Source: Tubiluchus corallicola | Lineage: Eukaryota > Animalia > Priapulida | DNA: 64,000 bases | Assembly: GCA_030141605.1 (NCBI GenBank) | Contig: JAQGDQ010000716.1 | Location: 44,196 to 108,195, forward strand | Direction of reading: 5' to 3' | Part shown: positions 14,068 to 27,262 of the stretch, piece by piece | Numbering within the stretch: the stretch's first letter is position 1 | How the letters are laid out: the number at the start of each line of letters is the position of its first letter | Program-made: the position numbers and the translations under genes | Notes under the pieces: generated by a model | Databases searched by the model: none | The model's input: only the letters and a program-made list of their open reading frames with translations | Told to the model about the DNA's origin: nothing

Positions 14068-15096
14068 CTATAAGTCATGACGGACGAAAACAACATCCAA
14101 GCCATCTTCAACTCTGTCGCTAGGTGGCACCACTCCTGCTTCCTTATAGAGACTAGTTCCAAACATTATTGTTCTGATTGCGTGGAGCTTTTGCCTTGTC
14201 TCTTTGATATGCGGTCCTTTACTGTCATAAATTTTGTATTCTACGGTCAACACGTCAATCGTCAATTTGTTAAAAGGGATTGACTGCAAGATGTCCACTT
14301 CAGCACCTTCGACATCAAGAGAGAAATAGTCAATGTGGGTACGATTCAACGCCAACATGACAGAGTACAATGGAAAACATTGGACAGTTTGATATCTGTT
14401 GTTATGACAACCGACTAATCGTTCTTCATTTGATCGGTGCATTTTGTCTGTCAATCCTCCCAGAACGCCGCCAATTCTAAAATCTGCCTTATAAGTTTTA
14501 TCACTGGGACTTAGACAAGCATTCAATAGATAAGAGTTACGATTCTGTTGCAGAAGATCACCAAAAAACATTGGATTTGCTTCCACCAGAAGTCCTGTCC
14601 AATTACGAGTAATCTCAAAGAAAAAAGTATTGGACAAACTCTGTCCATCTGTTGCTCCACACTCTACAAAAAATCCATTCCTCCTTCCTTTAAGGATGTT
14701 ATCAACAAATTCAGATTGTCCATGCTGAGAAAAATCAACATTCTCCAACTTCTGAAACGTCTGCTCTGCAGATGGTGCAATCAACCAGTGATCTTTTATG
14801 TGAGCAATGAGATTTTCGTCATCAGAAGCAGCGCCACCATACTGCAGAGCAAGAATTTCTCCTGCTGCAGGTAGGGATTTGTGAACACTGAAGGCAGAAG
14901 AAGAGACGACATTTTTAGTAGAGAAAGGTGCACTTGCAATTTTCCATTTTGCATTTCTATTTTTTGTGATTATTTTTTCCAGAACAACTTTTTCTTTCAA
15001 AAAAAGAAAAACAAATAACAGTGTCACAAATATCACAATTGGCATTTGATGAATGTATTGTTTCCTCATGTGGATGATGTCTCTGCAGACAGACAT
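14068..15096 (-). CDS. FkbM-family (Methyltransf_21) Star-like methyltransferase, predicted type II membrane protein, single coding exon
   Basis: TM IVIFVTLLFVFLFL; FSQHGQ, GFFVECGATDGQSLSNT..FE..RNWTGLLVEANP, VQCFPLYSVMLALNRTHIDYFSLDVEGAE..IL.SIPF, all characteristic of animal Star-like FkbM proteins. Confidence 0.9.
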   Translation of the reverse strand: MSVCRDIIHMRKQYIHQMPIVIFVTLLFVFLFLKEKVVLEKIITKNRNAKWKIASAPFSTKNVVSSSAFSVHKSLPAAGEILALQYGGAASDDENLIAHIKDHWLIAPSAEQTFQKLENVDFSQHGQSEFVDNILKGRRNGFFVECGATDGQSLSNTFFFEITRNWTGLLVEANPMFFGDLLQQNRNSYLLNACLSPSDKTYKADFRIGGVLGGLTDKMHRSNEERLVGCHNNRYQTVQCFPLYSVMLALNRTHIDYFSLDVEGAEVDILQSIPFNKLTIDVLTVEYKIYDSKGPHIKETRQKLHAIRTIMFGTSLYKEAGVVPPSDRVEDGLDVVFVRHDL

Positions 15097-15221
15097 TTCT
15101 GTGCTTAGCTGGCATGTGTGTTATTGTACAATCTGCAACAATCATAAATTTCTTAATTGAAACTTTTTTGTGGCTGCTCCCTTTCCTTCTCACTTCTCAT
15201 TTTCTCTCTCATACTGTTGTT

Positions 15222-15329
<108 letters not shown>

Positions 15330-15504
15330 ATGCTCTTTAACTTATTTTTTGACGTTATAACTGAATATAGACTTAAGTATGAAGACAACCTGCAAGTACC
15401 TAAAATTTGGAAGGTACTCGTGAAAACGCCACAGCGATTAGAAGAACCTGATCAAATCCGTTTGAATCTTGTGACTGTGGACACAATTAAAAATAAAATG
15501 GCTA

Positions 15505-15700
15505 AAACAACAGAGTCTCAAGGCTCTGCCATGGGTCCTCTACATTTTATTAAACTTTAATGACCCGCGAATGTTTGCAGACAACGACAAATTGTTTATT
15601 GCCGAATGTATTGCTATTTTTGAAAATTCGATTAAACAACAATTACTTAGTGGAGGTACATGGTTAAAGATCAATAAGTCAAGACTTTACTACTATTGTT
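15505..15700 (+). mobile_element. Degenerate CR1/L2-like LINE reverse transcriptase core fragment
   Basis: QGSAMGPLHFI..ND..MFADN matches the PQGSxLGPxLF..iND..FADD core, with frameshifts. Confidence 0.55.
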
Positions 15701-16678
15701 TATACATTTCTCCAATCACACGTCAAAAACCGATTAAAAAACGCCAAATCAAATTTAGCGACAAAAGTATTACCCGCCATGAACTCCTATTATCGAAATC
15801 AAAGTATCAAGAGTCACGTATCCAGCACATGACAGTGACATAAAATAGCAAAAATACAAATTTTGGCATTAACTAACTTAACTATAACACTTAAGTATGA
15901 AGAACTTACATGGAGATCTCGCAATAAAACCGTAACGCAAAATCTTACTATTTTTTGGAACAAATATGGAACAGATTTGTTGGTGAAACTGTTCCCTTTA
16001 TTCATCACCTACAAACGCTCAAAGTAATTCACTAGGCCTGACTTACTAGATTGCAAATATGACCTACCTGTTTTTCTTGTTATCCTGCAATGGTATGTAA
16101 TCAAATACCAAAAGCCAAACTGTCATTGAATCCTGTTACAGTAAAAATTCAGTTTAATTTTCCAGGTATTACACTAGATGAATACAGCAGAACTGTTATA
16201 TGTTAAAGATTCACTAGGTATAGTATTTCTATGTACTCTTTATATATATTGTCACTAAATAGTGTACATAATTATTATTTTGCTAACATATGTTTTTTAA
16301 ATAATTTACTTGCTTGCTTGTTTACTTGCTCGCTTGCTTACTTACTTACTTATTTATTTGCTTGTACTTACTTACTGTCTCAATAGTCCGTATATACTAG
16401 CATTTAGAAGACAGTAAAACGTAAAACGTAATTAACTTCTTACCTTAAACACCATAACGCAGTCACGTTTTTCATTTTAGCGCAACTACATGTTTTTACT
16501 TGCTTTGCTGTACAAGAAACAAAATTAACATTCACGAGCCTCCATTATACGGTTCACATAATACGCTATCATCACATTGTTTATTCAGTTACTGTACAGT
16601 TATTATGTAGGGTAAAGACAATAAAAACTGAAGAAAGATGGCAAACTACTGAAAGAACACATGTAGAGATACACTGAC

Positions 16679-17052
16679 GAGGGGTGAGCATTACGAATCG
16701 AATCGAGGGATTTCGAATCGAGCAGAATTTCTGTATAATCCGAATCGAATTCAAATTGAGTACGAAAGATCTTCCGAACAAGTGTTCGAACCACTAGTAA
16801 AAAGTGGACTTACAAAAATCATGCATAGGATTTGATTTTATTCTGCAGTAAAACGATTAATAGTTTATCAAACATTTTGCGCAGAAACTGCAGCTAAATT
16901 GTGCTGATTGGATAATGTTTCAAGCATTTTGATGATAAAGAACGTATGTGGTTGAAGTATTCGAATCTATAGTTTTAGGTTTTTTAGATCTAAAAAACTC
17001 GCTCGCAATCGATTCAAAAATTTCGAACTCGAATGTTCGGAGGTCACCCCTA
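16679..17052. mobile_element. hAT-like MITE with subterminal CGAAT/TTCGA motifs
   Basis: Termini AGGGGTGA (16680) and TCACCCCTA (17044-17052); flanking 8-mers ACACTGAC and CCATTGAC match at 6 of 8 positions, consistent with a decayed TSD. Confidence 0.65.
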
Positions 17053-18559
17053 CCATTGACAAGTTTATATCCTGATTTTGTAGACATTTGTTAAATACAA
17101 GCGGAATTGTCAAAAAGTGTTTGAGTTGACATTACAGGAAAAAATTCTGTGTACAGCTGCAGAACTCGTTGATGTTTTCCTAAATTTTGTACCATAAATG
17201 AACAAAGAAATCTTCTGCAGAGTACTCATGGATTTGAGTTCTGTCGATACCAAAGAGGTGATTGAAGCGCTGGTCACATACGATGGTAGAAATTTGCCAA
17301 CAGAAAAAATATTGAAAACATTGCAGCAGTAGTTCTGTGAATTCCGCGCATTTGCGTATCTGTTCCGTTTCGTTTTTGTTTGATTTTGCTTGTTCACGCA
17401 TTTATTCCGTTTCGTTTTCTTATTTAGCTCCTACAAATCCCGATGTTTACCGAACGATTTTGCAATTTTGTTATTCGGTTCTACCCGTGGCTGCAAGTGC
17501 GCCACTCAGTGAGTGAAATGTAAAACTGTTCTGAGTGTTGACTGTTCAAGCTGATAATTTTGCTGTAATTTCTGGTTTTTAGCACACTTTAACCGCTGGA
17601 GTTTTGTTGATGTGAACGTATTATGCTGTGTTAAATTCTGCTCATAATAAACCCGTTAAACGGTTGAACATGTTATAAGCTCTTTCTTGCAGTTGTGTCA
17701 TCTTTCACAAGCTCATAAGGATCTAGTACAAGAAGCATCTTTTAAGGCGAGATGCTTTAATAGTGTTGTAAAGGAAATGAAAAACTTTGTTACACCGCAT
17801 GTGTAACATGTGTAGTGACTTACAGCACACTCCAGAGAATTTTTTAGATGTCATGTCTCCTTGTGAGTCAAAAACTGCAGAATACTTAAAAATTGTTAAG
17901 GAGTTTGATGGTCATTTTTTAATTAGTTTTTACGACACTGAACTGGTTCAGATCTGGTAGCTGAGACACACATAAATATCTCATTTCATGAGAAATAGTT
18001 CAGTGTCAGAACTCGTAGGTCTATTGCACCCACATGTGCATGTAACTTGGAGCTCCCTTCTTCCTACAAGAATTATGCAGAGTTCAGGAGTGACTTTCAT
18101 TCCATCTGCAATAGTGGAATATATGTAAATCTATATGTGCGATAACTACTGTATAACAAATTAAAATGCTTACAGTTTCCTGCCTATATTATAATTATTA
18201 TAATTCACTTTTCAATTGCTCTTGTCTTAATTACAAGGCCAATAACTTTCGTATGTGATGTATCATAAAATAATCATTTCATGTTGGTCTTGTGATCATG
18301 CATCATGCATCATTTTGTACTTTTGCACAATGGAAAATGAGTTCAATTTTTGTAGTTGCTTTCTGTTCAAGGTATTATATTCAAATCTTTGCTGACGAAG
18401 CCTAATTAAAGCAATACGTGTTTTTGTATATTTCAGAATATTTTGTATTTTGTCAATGAATGGAGAGGCAGGATAGGATTTTTGTAGTTCTTTGCTGTTA
18501 ATCGATGTTCGAGGCTTATAGTTATAGTGTAATTTTTATATAGCAGAGGCAGGCTTATT

Positions 18560-19353
18560 GCATCCGTCATATGTTGGTTTGATATTAGATATTCAATATT
18601 GAGTGCAAAAATAGTAGTTTGATATTCGGGATTCGCCTCATTAAAGGATACTTTCAAACTCATTTCACTTCAATTCTAGTTTATTTACGATGTCCAATTC
18701 AAACACAGGTTTTTCAAAATAAGCGGGAACTAAGGTCAATATAGTAGAAAACCATTAAAACAATTGTGTTTTGAAGAAAGTCTCATATAGCCAAAATCCG
18801 GCTTAATATCCCCCAGTGAAGATTTAAATTGTTGTTTGGCTTTTTGTCTGTGTATTCGTGTGGTGTGACTAGAGGAAAGTTTGCAACACCTCAGCCAGAA
18901 TAAATATTCGTCAGCAGTTCATTATCCAGCTAATCGTGTGGGTGCCTACCCGTTGAAAGATTCGACTTCGGGTGTGGCACTTTTCCCAATATTTAACAAG
19001 TGTTCCACGTTTAAAGTGCTACAGACAGTCACAGGGTGTGCAGGCAACTACACGACTACACAGTCAAAAAGAAAAAAACAACAATATAAATCTTAACTGA
19101 GAATATCAAATCGTTTTAGTGGCTGTTTAAGACTTTCTTAAATAATCTCAATCGTCTTCTATTATTTTGACATTAGTTCCTATTTTATTCTTGAACTAGA
19201 CAGCATAAATAAACTAGAACTGAAGTAAATTGAGGCGTTGGAAGGTTTCCTTTAAAAAGCGAATCTCGAACATAGATCTCGAATATCTAACCAATTTTAC
19301 TACTGTTTTTACGTTCAATATTGAAAATCGAATATCAAACCTGAGACAGGTGC
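18560..19353. mobile_element. Probable MITE or foldback relic with about 80-bp inverted arms
   Basis: GTTTGATATTAGATATTCAATATTGA..AGTAGT..GATATTCG (18577-18636) is inversely matched by CGAATATC..ACTACT..TCAATATTGAAAATCGAATATCAAAC (19280-19340). Confidence 0.5.
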
Positions 19354-19729
19354 TAATTGCATTGAAATTATAGACACTTTAAATTTCATATAGTAGAGCT
19401 AGGGTTATTGCCATCGATTTTACATGAATAATATGTATTATAAACTGATAGGAAAGTGCACCTGAGCATTCCAAAATGTTGCCATTTTTTATCTAGTTGT
19501 TGACGTCATGAAGATGTCACAACACTGTACTTGTAGGCCTATGTGCCATCTTGGATTTATGTTTATACCCCAAAAGTACCAAAGTTTATTTTGGCCGATT
19601 TTCTGTTGAGAGCAGGTGAGACCACATTCTCACAGAATCTTCACAGAAAATTTCTATAGCAATGCTACATGCATATTTACAAGCAACTTGTATCAGTTTC
19701 ATCTTCCTGCGGCAGCCATCTTTGTTCAG

Positions 19730-19860
19730 ATTAATCAACGAGTGGTCACATGTACAGAGTTCGCAGAATCCCGCAGACCTGCCAAAGCGTGTTTCTAAGC
19801 TACTGGAAGTGCAACACCTGGACCTTTGGAGACATGGTCCACCCTTTCTTATCACGTGTA
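19730..19860 (+). mobile_element. BEL/Pao LTR retrotransposon pol fragment
   Basis: WSHVQSSQNPADLPKR....LDLWRHGPPFL matches the BEL/Pao W.HV.s..NPADl.SRG...lW..GP.fL signature. Confidence 0.75.
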
Positions 19861-20006
19861 TGGATGAGTCAGACTACCCTGGATCAGAACAATAGTCTTC
19901 CACTTTGCTTACTACAGCAACTTCTCTTCTAGCCTTAGAAAAGACACCACTTTTCCTGTTCATAGATGGAGTAAAATTATTAGGTTGGTTGTATAGTGGT
20001 AGTACG

Positions 20007-20274
20007 TGTGTAGGCGATGTGTGTAGCTGTTTATGAATGTTTGAGTAATGGCAAAGCTATTTAGACTTTGGTTGCGAAATAACACTTTTATTAAATAACA
20101 TCACAATATAATAAAGGTATAGCAATGCCAAGGCCCCTGATCTACGAGAGACGTCCTCTGCGTGAGTGAGGAGTCTGACCAAGCCCTGCTGCGAGCTGGT
20201 GTCACGGCATGGATATCAGCTGCGTGCGCAGTTTGACAAATGCGTCAGTTCTTCGCCCACGTCGTCACGTGACA
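20007..20274 (-). mobile_element. Possible 3' LTR relic
   Basis: On the minus strand it begins TGTCACG after a purine-rich tract, contains AATAAA and ends CCTACACA (TG...CA); no second LTR seen. Confidence 0.35.
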
Positions 20275-21754
20275 CCGCGCCTTAAGATTTCCTTATTTGG
20301 CTTGGCTTCATGAATACTCTTCTTAGCATAATTATTTGATATTTAGCATATTTTAACAGGTTCTCTTTACTGATGGTCTACACTTTAAAAAACTGTTAAT
20401 GTGATCTTATATGTGCCGAGATTCATCCATAATGTGTGACTCAAAGTGGCAAATCGCGTTTGTGCACTAATAACACCGAGAGGATCAAGGCTATGGGCTC
20501 TCTTTTGCGAGATAGCCAGGAAGTTTATGACTCAGGCGACATAATTAGCTTGCAAAAGAGAGCCGAGCACGTGGAAGATGTCACTTTACCCATTGAGAAA
20601 GATACTGAACTTGATGTTGCCATGTTGCTGATCAGTTTTATAGTGCCATTACATGTGGAAGAGGCTGTCATCGTCCTTCATCCTTGAAGCTGCAGCTGCA
20701 CCATGGTAGGGAGGTTACTGGAAAAGACTCATCGGAACCGTCAAACGCTCATGTCGCAAGACACTTGGCAGAACATCTTTATCTCTGATTGGATTTAGCC
20801 CTGTAGAAAAATTCAACAGCCTACTGCTTGTGATGCTCAAATTCGCCATAACTTGTCCTTTAGAGGTGGTCCCACAAAGTGACTCGTATATTTTTACCTG
20901 TACAATCCCAATAAATGAGTTTTTTCTTTTTGCAATGCTTGCTATAATATTAAGAGCTAATAATATATTAAATAACAAATATAAAAAAAGAAATAGTGTA
21001 ATTAATAGTAGATAAATACATGATTAAAGCTCGATTAGAAGTAAACATAAAAAACTTCATAACGACTATTTGTAAATACTTCCCCGAATAGTTTTAAATG
21101 TTTTAAAATTTGTGATTTTGCTTATTTCAGTTTTGATTGCATACTGATTGTAACACTTGCTTGTCCTGACAGTAAACAGTCTTTGCCAGAGTTGTTAGAT
21201 TTTGCAGTCGGCATAAAAGCAAATTTGACTGTCTAGTTGTCCGAGATATCACATTACAATTGAAATTTAGCTAATGATAAACGTGAGTTGGTTGTTTACT
21301 GCCTAGCAAGCAAACGGCAGCTTTAACAAATAAAATTTTCAAATTTTTAATGACGTCATGTTAGTGGTCATATATTCGGCGGTATGACATTACCGTACCG
21401 TCCGAAAACATTCCTGTTAATTAGTACTGCCACTAAAGTCCCTAATGCACCTAATGCACCTAATGCAGCACCAAGTTAAAAACTAATTACCAGACTGAGC
21501 AAACGAAGTAAATTTATTGTGCTTTAATATTTAGACAACTGTTACTCTATTAACACCAGTGAGAAAAACCACTTTACTGTTTCTGATAGATATTTGTTTA
21601 ACTGGTTAGCAGGAAAATTTGAATGACTGACCTATTTACATTTCTTAGACAAAAGCAAAATATGAAAATTTAAAATTCGTGATCACAAAAAAAGTGTTTT
21701 ACTACTGTGCAAAAGTTGCTTTAAGACTGAATAATGGTAGTGGTTTTTGTGACG

Positions 21755-22948
21755 TTACAAGCCAATCCATTCTGGTGGGTAGTAATCGTCTGCTGTAATT
21801 TGGCTAGCTTTATTCCTGTAACTGTCGAAAAACGCATCTTTGAAATACAACACACTTCCCATTGATAAATATCCACACCAAAAACTGTAAGTTCCCACAG
21901 TTGTAATCACGTGATCACATAAGTGAGATGCAATGCACATGTCAACTACAGGATCACAAGAATTTGGCATGACAACAACGTCAAAGTCTTCCATGTTTCT
22001 CTTATTCCAATCTGTATTGTCACCGATAATTACAAACACGGAGTTCACATACCTTTCTCTCATGTATAATATAGATCTTGTCAAATAATCTTTTGTGGGA
22101 ACATGCAAATTCGTTTTCTTAATGTCACCCCTTCGAACGTGAACTCCAATCAACGTGATATTAAACTGGGTGCCTTTACGAAAATTAAACTTCATGTCTA
22201 TTTGAGAATACAGGATATTTCTGGCTTTTGCAACTGTTTCTTGACTAAATCTAAACTGCTCTTTAATATCATCTTTCCATTTATTAAAATATTTGTAGGA
22301 ATGGAAATACCCCTTTAAACTAATATTTTTGCTGCTTCCAACGTACTTTCTCAGGTTGCTAGATTGTGGGCAAAATTTATAGTTACACTTAAATCGAACT
22401 CGACGAAATACTTTTCTGTAGGTGATATAATTCCACGATGACATTACTGGAATAGATAGTTTGGGATATATCCTGTATAAAGGAAACCGATCAGGCAGTA
22501 TTGGCGTTAGCTGATTTGCTTTTGCTATTCCATACAGTGAAGCATATTGAAACATGTGATTGCCCAGCCGACCTGGAAACATGCCCATAGTTATGTAGAA
22601 CGTTGTGTCATTCAGCGAATGAAGCAGTTTATTCAAGTATTTAGGAAAAATATTGACAACTTTTTCGTTTTTGGTCACATTGATGAGTACGCTATCTACA
22701 TCTACTTTTCTTCGTATGTTGGTGTCGTTTTCTGTACACTCTGGAACAACCAGAGATCCTCCTGAGCTGACTGCAATCATTTTTTGCTGAGTCAACATGT
22801 AAATGTTATTTAAGCAAGGATATATAAAACAAACAAAAAACAATTTCCTGTATGGATGAAAAATTCCACATTTTCTTTGCATTTTGTCTTTGTCCACTCC
22901 TTGCCTTTGTGCGCTACGAGACATTATTTCTGTCACCTCACGGCACAT
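21755..22948 (-). CDS. GT11 alpha-1,2-fucosyltransferase-like protein, single coding exon
   Basis: GRLGNHMFQYASLYGIA, GYFHSYKYF, IGVHVRRGD, CDHVITTVGTYSFWCGYL, DDYYPPEW; TM LFFVCFIYPCLNNIYML; first ATG at 22948. Confidence 0.93.
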   Translation of the reverse strand: MCREVTEIMSRSAQRQGVDKDKMQRKCGIFHPYRKLFFVCFIYPCLNNIYMLTQQKMIAVSSGGSLVVPECTENDTNIRRKVDVDSVLINVTKNEKVVNIFPKYLNKLLHSLNDTTFYITMGMFPGRLGNHMFQYASLYGIAKANQLTPILPDRFPLYRIYPKLSIPVMSSWNYITYRKVFRRVRFKCNYKFCPQSSNLRKYVGSSKNISLKGYFHSYKYFNKWKDDIKEQFRFSQETVAKARNILYSQIDMKFNFRKGTQFNITLIGVHVRRGDIKKTNLHVPTKDYLTRSILYMRERYVNSVFVIIGDNTDWNKRNMEDFDVVVMPNSCDPVVDMCIASHLCDHVITTVGTYSFWCGYLSMGSVLYFKDAFFDSYRNKASQITADDYYPPEWIGL

Positions 22949-23663
22949 CACTTCCTTACTGTAGAGTCACTCATTTATATTACAGTAGATAAACACCAGT
23001 AATCTGCCATACAGCAAAATTCTGTCTCCTCTAACAAGGAATTAACACAGTTACTGTTTTTTTTGCATTATGCTGCATTTATTTTACACTCAATTGCTTA
23101 AAAGTAACTAAAACACTTCATCTGAGGTTTTCTGTTGCAGTAGACCTCTTTGTATGACCTAGTATAACAGCAGTCAATCCGCTTAGTAGCTTTCACAAGT
23201 GGGTGTAACGCTTTCCTGCTAGTTGAGGTAAAACCACGAGTCTTAACAAACTATGCGGCATTCATTTTACACTCTATTATTGCCCATAACTAAAACACTT
23301 ATCTGAAGTTTTTTTAAGTGGGTACAAAACTTTCTTGCTAGTTAAGTAAAACCATGAGTATCAAACCAAAATAATTTTCTTATTTTTACCTGTTGACTTT
23401 TTCGGAAGTGTCTCTTTGAGCACTGATCACTTGTTCTTTATGGATAAGCAAAAGTTCCCTGGTTCTAATCCAGGCTGTGTCCAAACTTCCTCACATTTCT
23501 AGTATTTCAAGTTTGCCATCCAACTTAGAATTAATTGCGGAATTTGTTTCTTCATAGACGTTTATTGTTATGTTTTTATGTTTGAGCTATACAGAAGAGG
23601 TAATTCTCTCAATTTGGACACACATGCACACGTATACGTGCACGCGACACGCACTCACGCATG

Positions 23664-23664
<1 letters not shown>

Positions 23665-23702
<38 letters not shown>
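23665..23702. repeat. (CA)n microsatellite
   Basis: Directly visible. Confidence 0.9.
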
Positions 23703-23707
<5 letters not shown>

Positions 23708-24789
23708 TACCCACACTTAAAGGTAGTTAATATATTTATACTGAAGAAAATGGCGCATTTATGAAATTTGGTCACTTTCCGCCAGTAGCACTATGAACAT
23801 ATGTTCTTGTGCGCTTCCTGAGCAGTTTGAGCATTTTCTATCAACAGAAATATAAAAAAACATAAATGTTCAACATTAATTTGCCAATAGAGTAGCCAAG
23901 TACTAGAATCCTCCTCCTAAACATGTAAATCCGTCTCCACTGTTAAATGGCAAAATTATTTTTTTGCAAAGATTAACGAAATCTGACTTTTCTACACTTT
24001 AGTATTTTGCCAGGCAAATGCATGCAGTAATTTTACTCTTTGTATGTTTCCCTGTATCCATTTAACCTGTCTTGTTTGTTATTGCAGATACTTTATTGTT
24101 TTATGCACATAATTTTTATAGTATGTATGGATAGTTTAATAAACAAAACAAATAAATAAAATAAATACTTTTAAGTTCTACCATTGTTGGGAAAATCACC
24201 AAAATGTGACTTAGGAGCTTGAAATTTCAACAGACTCTTCCATTTTGAAAAGAAATTACCAGAGGTGTGCATGCTGGGTTATGTTCTAATATGAAATGTT
24301 TGTTTTTAAGTATAGCTATAGCACCTTTGTTAAAGATCGGGTAAGTCATTTCGCTTTCCTGTGTAACAACAAATGTCTTGCTAATTGTTCTAGATAAGAA
24401 AATCTACATTTTAGATTACTGCTCAAAACGAGGAATTGCTTGTGTTTTTTGCTACAAAAAACATTAATATGTGAAACATTTATAACAAATTTTGTAGGTC
24501 TTGTCTCTCGGTAATTTTAGGGGTAAACCAAGGATTTTGATCCCAGTGACTATAATTACTGTTTAGTGTCCATTTGCTGCCAGACTCTTTGAACGTGAAG
24601 CTTAAAAACGCACACAATAAACTCTTTGTCAAAGGAAATTCAAGTTTCCTTCAATGCTTTTTTTTATTTTTAACCTCCACGTTTCATACAAAAATAAATC
24701 CTTTCTATCTAAGTGACTATGTGAATGCTATTTTCGATGCAACAAAGTTTTCACAAGCTAGACTATTCACAGTTTTCCAGTGCATATAG

Positions 24790-26205
24790 TTATGCTTTAC
24801 AGTAAATTTTATTAAAAGTCATCTGCGATGCTTTTTTCAGTTCTGACATCCATTTGACATTGTATTTAGGATGAGTTGGATTAAGTACGTATGCCTCTAT
24901 TGTTTCTTGATACTTTGCTGAGTAGGGATTTGAAATAAAGTTTCTATACCTAAGAAACTTTGCAGAATTTTTCAGATGATACAATAATCCAATACCAATT
25001 GGCACATCATACTCTATAAATTCTTCTTTAATCGTACAGTCAACCACGTGAACGCTCAATGACGCAATCTTTTCTGGTACGACAATCAGTTTTGACCTTT
25101 TTTGCCATTTCCAGTAGCGACCTTGAATGGTAAAATTCGTATTGGTTAGCAATAATCGATGACCAATATTGTGGCACTGCTCGTATGTATTCTCACTTCT
25201 ATTGAATATTTTGTGAATGCCGAAAGAAGCATAGTTATTTCTGAACACTAGTGCTGCCACATTGCGGAGTGAATCACCACCTTCGTTATTTGACTCGTGT
25301 AAGATATAGTGCACCATTTCTAATAAAGTCGAATGTAATTTAGGTATAATAAATTCATCAATGTCTTGAAACGCAGTGTATTTAAATTTATACATGTATC
25401 TATATAAACAGTCATTGATACTTGTAAATTGTGCACCATAGTGAACATCCCACATGCCACCATCAGGCGTCTTGAGACCTTTATCAATGATATCTGTATA
25501 TATAGCAAAATCAAAAGCAATAACAAAACCACTTTTAACATACCAATCGATAACTCGTTTAACATTAACATCAATAATTACACCGATATAAAGAACGATC
25601 TGATCAACACCTAAGATCCTGTTCATTTCAAAGAATTCAATCAACTGCAATGCATTGGGAGATTCAATGGTACCATGGTCGTGGATTATTGGCAAGCAAA
25701 TCCCAATATTTCTCTGTGTTTTGCTTACAGAGTTGCCAACATTGACTTTCATCCAATTATCTGAAGGAAACTCTTTTGAGATACTCAAACTTACAGCTAG
25801 AGGCACTGAATCATTTTTTACGGGACAATTAAACAGTGCAGCACTGTAAAGTCTTCCTCGTTTGTCATCTGGTATTACGTACACATAAGATTCAGTGATA
25901 TAAGAGCTATTCTCGTAGAAGAAATGACAGAAGAATTTTATGTGTTTTTTACGTTCTTTTAGAGTCAAACCTGTAATACGAATGACTGGCGCCACTAAAC
26001 GGTCGTCGTAAAAAGCTGAATACGTTGCGCCGTCAGTTCCAGTAACCAGCAGCCATTTTGCATCATGCATTAATTTCACATTGTAATCCATTTTGTGAGC
26101 ATTTATTTTCAGAGTGACATCTGTATTAAATATCCTGTAATATGCTAATAAGAATGGCATGCATAAAACAAAAGCACCACAACGCCTTTTCGAGAAACTT
26201 GCCAT
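24790..26205 (-). CDS. GT92 (DUF23) glycosyltransferase, galt-1-like beta-1,4-galactosyltransferase family, single coding exon
   Basis: YSAFYDDR..IRI, IGICLP, LIEFFEMNRILGVDQIVLY, QFTSINDCLYRY..KYTAFQDIDEFIIP (DxD), RSKLIV.P; N-terminal KRR plus TM; ATG at 26205 (ORF-track start 26229 is TTG). Confidence 0.9.
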   Translation of the reverse strand: MASFSKRRCGAFVLCMPFLLAYYRIFNTDVTLKINAHKMDYNVKLMHDAKWLLVTGTDGATYSAFYDDRLVAPVIRITGLTLKERKKHIKFFCHFFYENSSYITESYVYVIPDDKRGRLYSAALFNCPVKNDSVPLAVSLSISKEFPSDNWMKVNVGNSVSKTQRNIGICLPIIHDHGTIESPNALQLIEFFEMNRILGVDQIVLYIGVIIDVNVKRVIDWYVKSGFVIAFDFAIYTDIIDKGLKTPDGGMWDVHYGAQFTSINDCLYRYMYKFKYTAFQDIDEFIIPKLHSTLLEMVHYILHESNNEGGDSLRNVAALVFRNNYASFGIHKIFNRSENTYEQCHNIGHRLLLTNTNFTIQGRYWKWQKRSKLIVVPEKIASLSVHVVDCTIKEEFIEYDVPIGIGLLYHLKNSAKFLRYRNFISNPYSAKYQETIEAYVLNPTHPKYNVKWMSELKKASQMTFNKIYCKA

Positions 26206-27262
26206 GTCTTCAAGAATGAAAGAGATCAACGATTCACTTATTTAGTATGTTAAACCAACCCAAGAAAAAACAATTAAACTTATCATATCATTTAATTCAC
26301 TCCCACGCCATTCAGAACCATACAGTGTTTAACTTTTCACGTATTTAATGATCTTTTTTATAATGATTCTTTTTAGCCAAAGATGATATAATATGACAAG
26401 CACAGGAAACCAAGTACACAGCTCAAGTCAGAGTTACTATTGTTTTTTCACATTGTTTGCGATGTTATCGTGCATTTCTTCAAATCTTTTTACATTATCT
26501 TCTTTAAACGCTGAAAGTTCATCGTCTTCGTCTCACATAAATCATCATCATCTTCGCCAATGGTATAAAAAGTGCTCAGGATAAAGACAACGTTTTGTCG
26601 CTTCAGTAAAAATACAATTCAGAAACACGGAAAAAGGTGTTTAGATTTCGCTATTTTTGCATGCGGAAGAATTTAAGCTCAAGTCTACCTTGTCGAATGC
26701 CGGATACTTGTATATAGTTTGTTATCCTGATTAGCTACAGTTTGAAGGACACATTGAGGTGATTATTTGAACCAACGTTTACATGCACTAATTAACCGTA
26801 GATGGTTTTTGGAACACAAGAGAGAATATAAAACTTCGTATCGTGAATTTACATTATTCTACTTCGCATTTAGGCATGCCATAATATTTTCAGTACTTTA
26901 TTATGGTGAAAATTTTAACCACTATGATCTTAGTCTTTCTTATTCTTACAACCTTTGTAAATAAATATTTCTGTAATTAAGGCCGTCTGTAATATTACCG
27001 GTTGAATATACGGGTAAATTAATATTATTTTGTAGAAACAAGTGAAACCCGACAGAAACATTTTGCATAAAGTCCCAACAGGATATAAAAATGCGAGTGA
27101 AAGCTTTAACTGGGGTTTAATGTCTGCCCTGATGTTACGATGACACTAGCTACAGTTACTATGTTATGAAGTTATTCATTGCCCTACCAGAGAAACCAAG
27201 ACTAAAGAATAAATGGTTGATTTTCAAGAACAATGACATCTGCAAGAATTGCACAATCTCAA

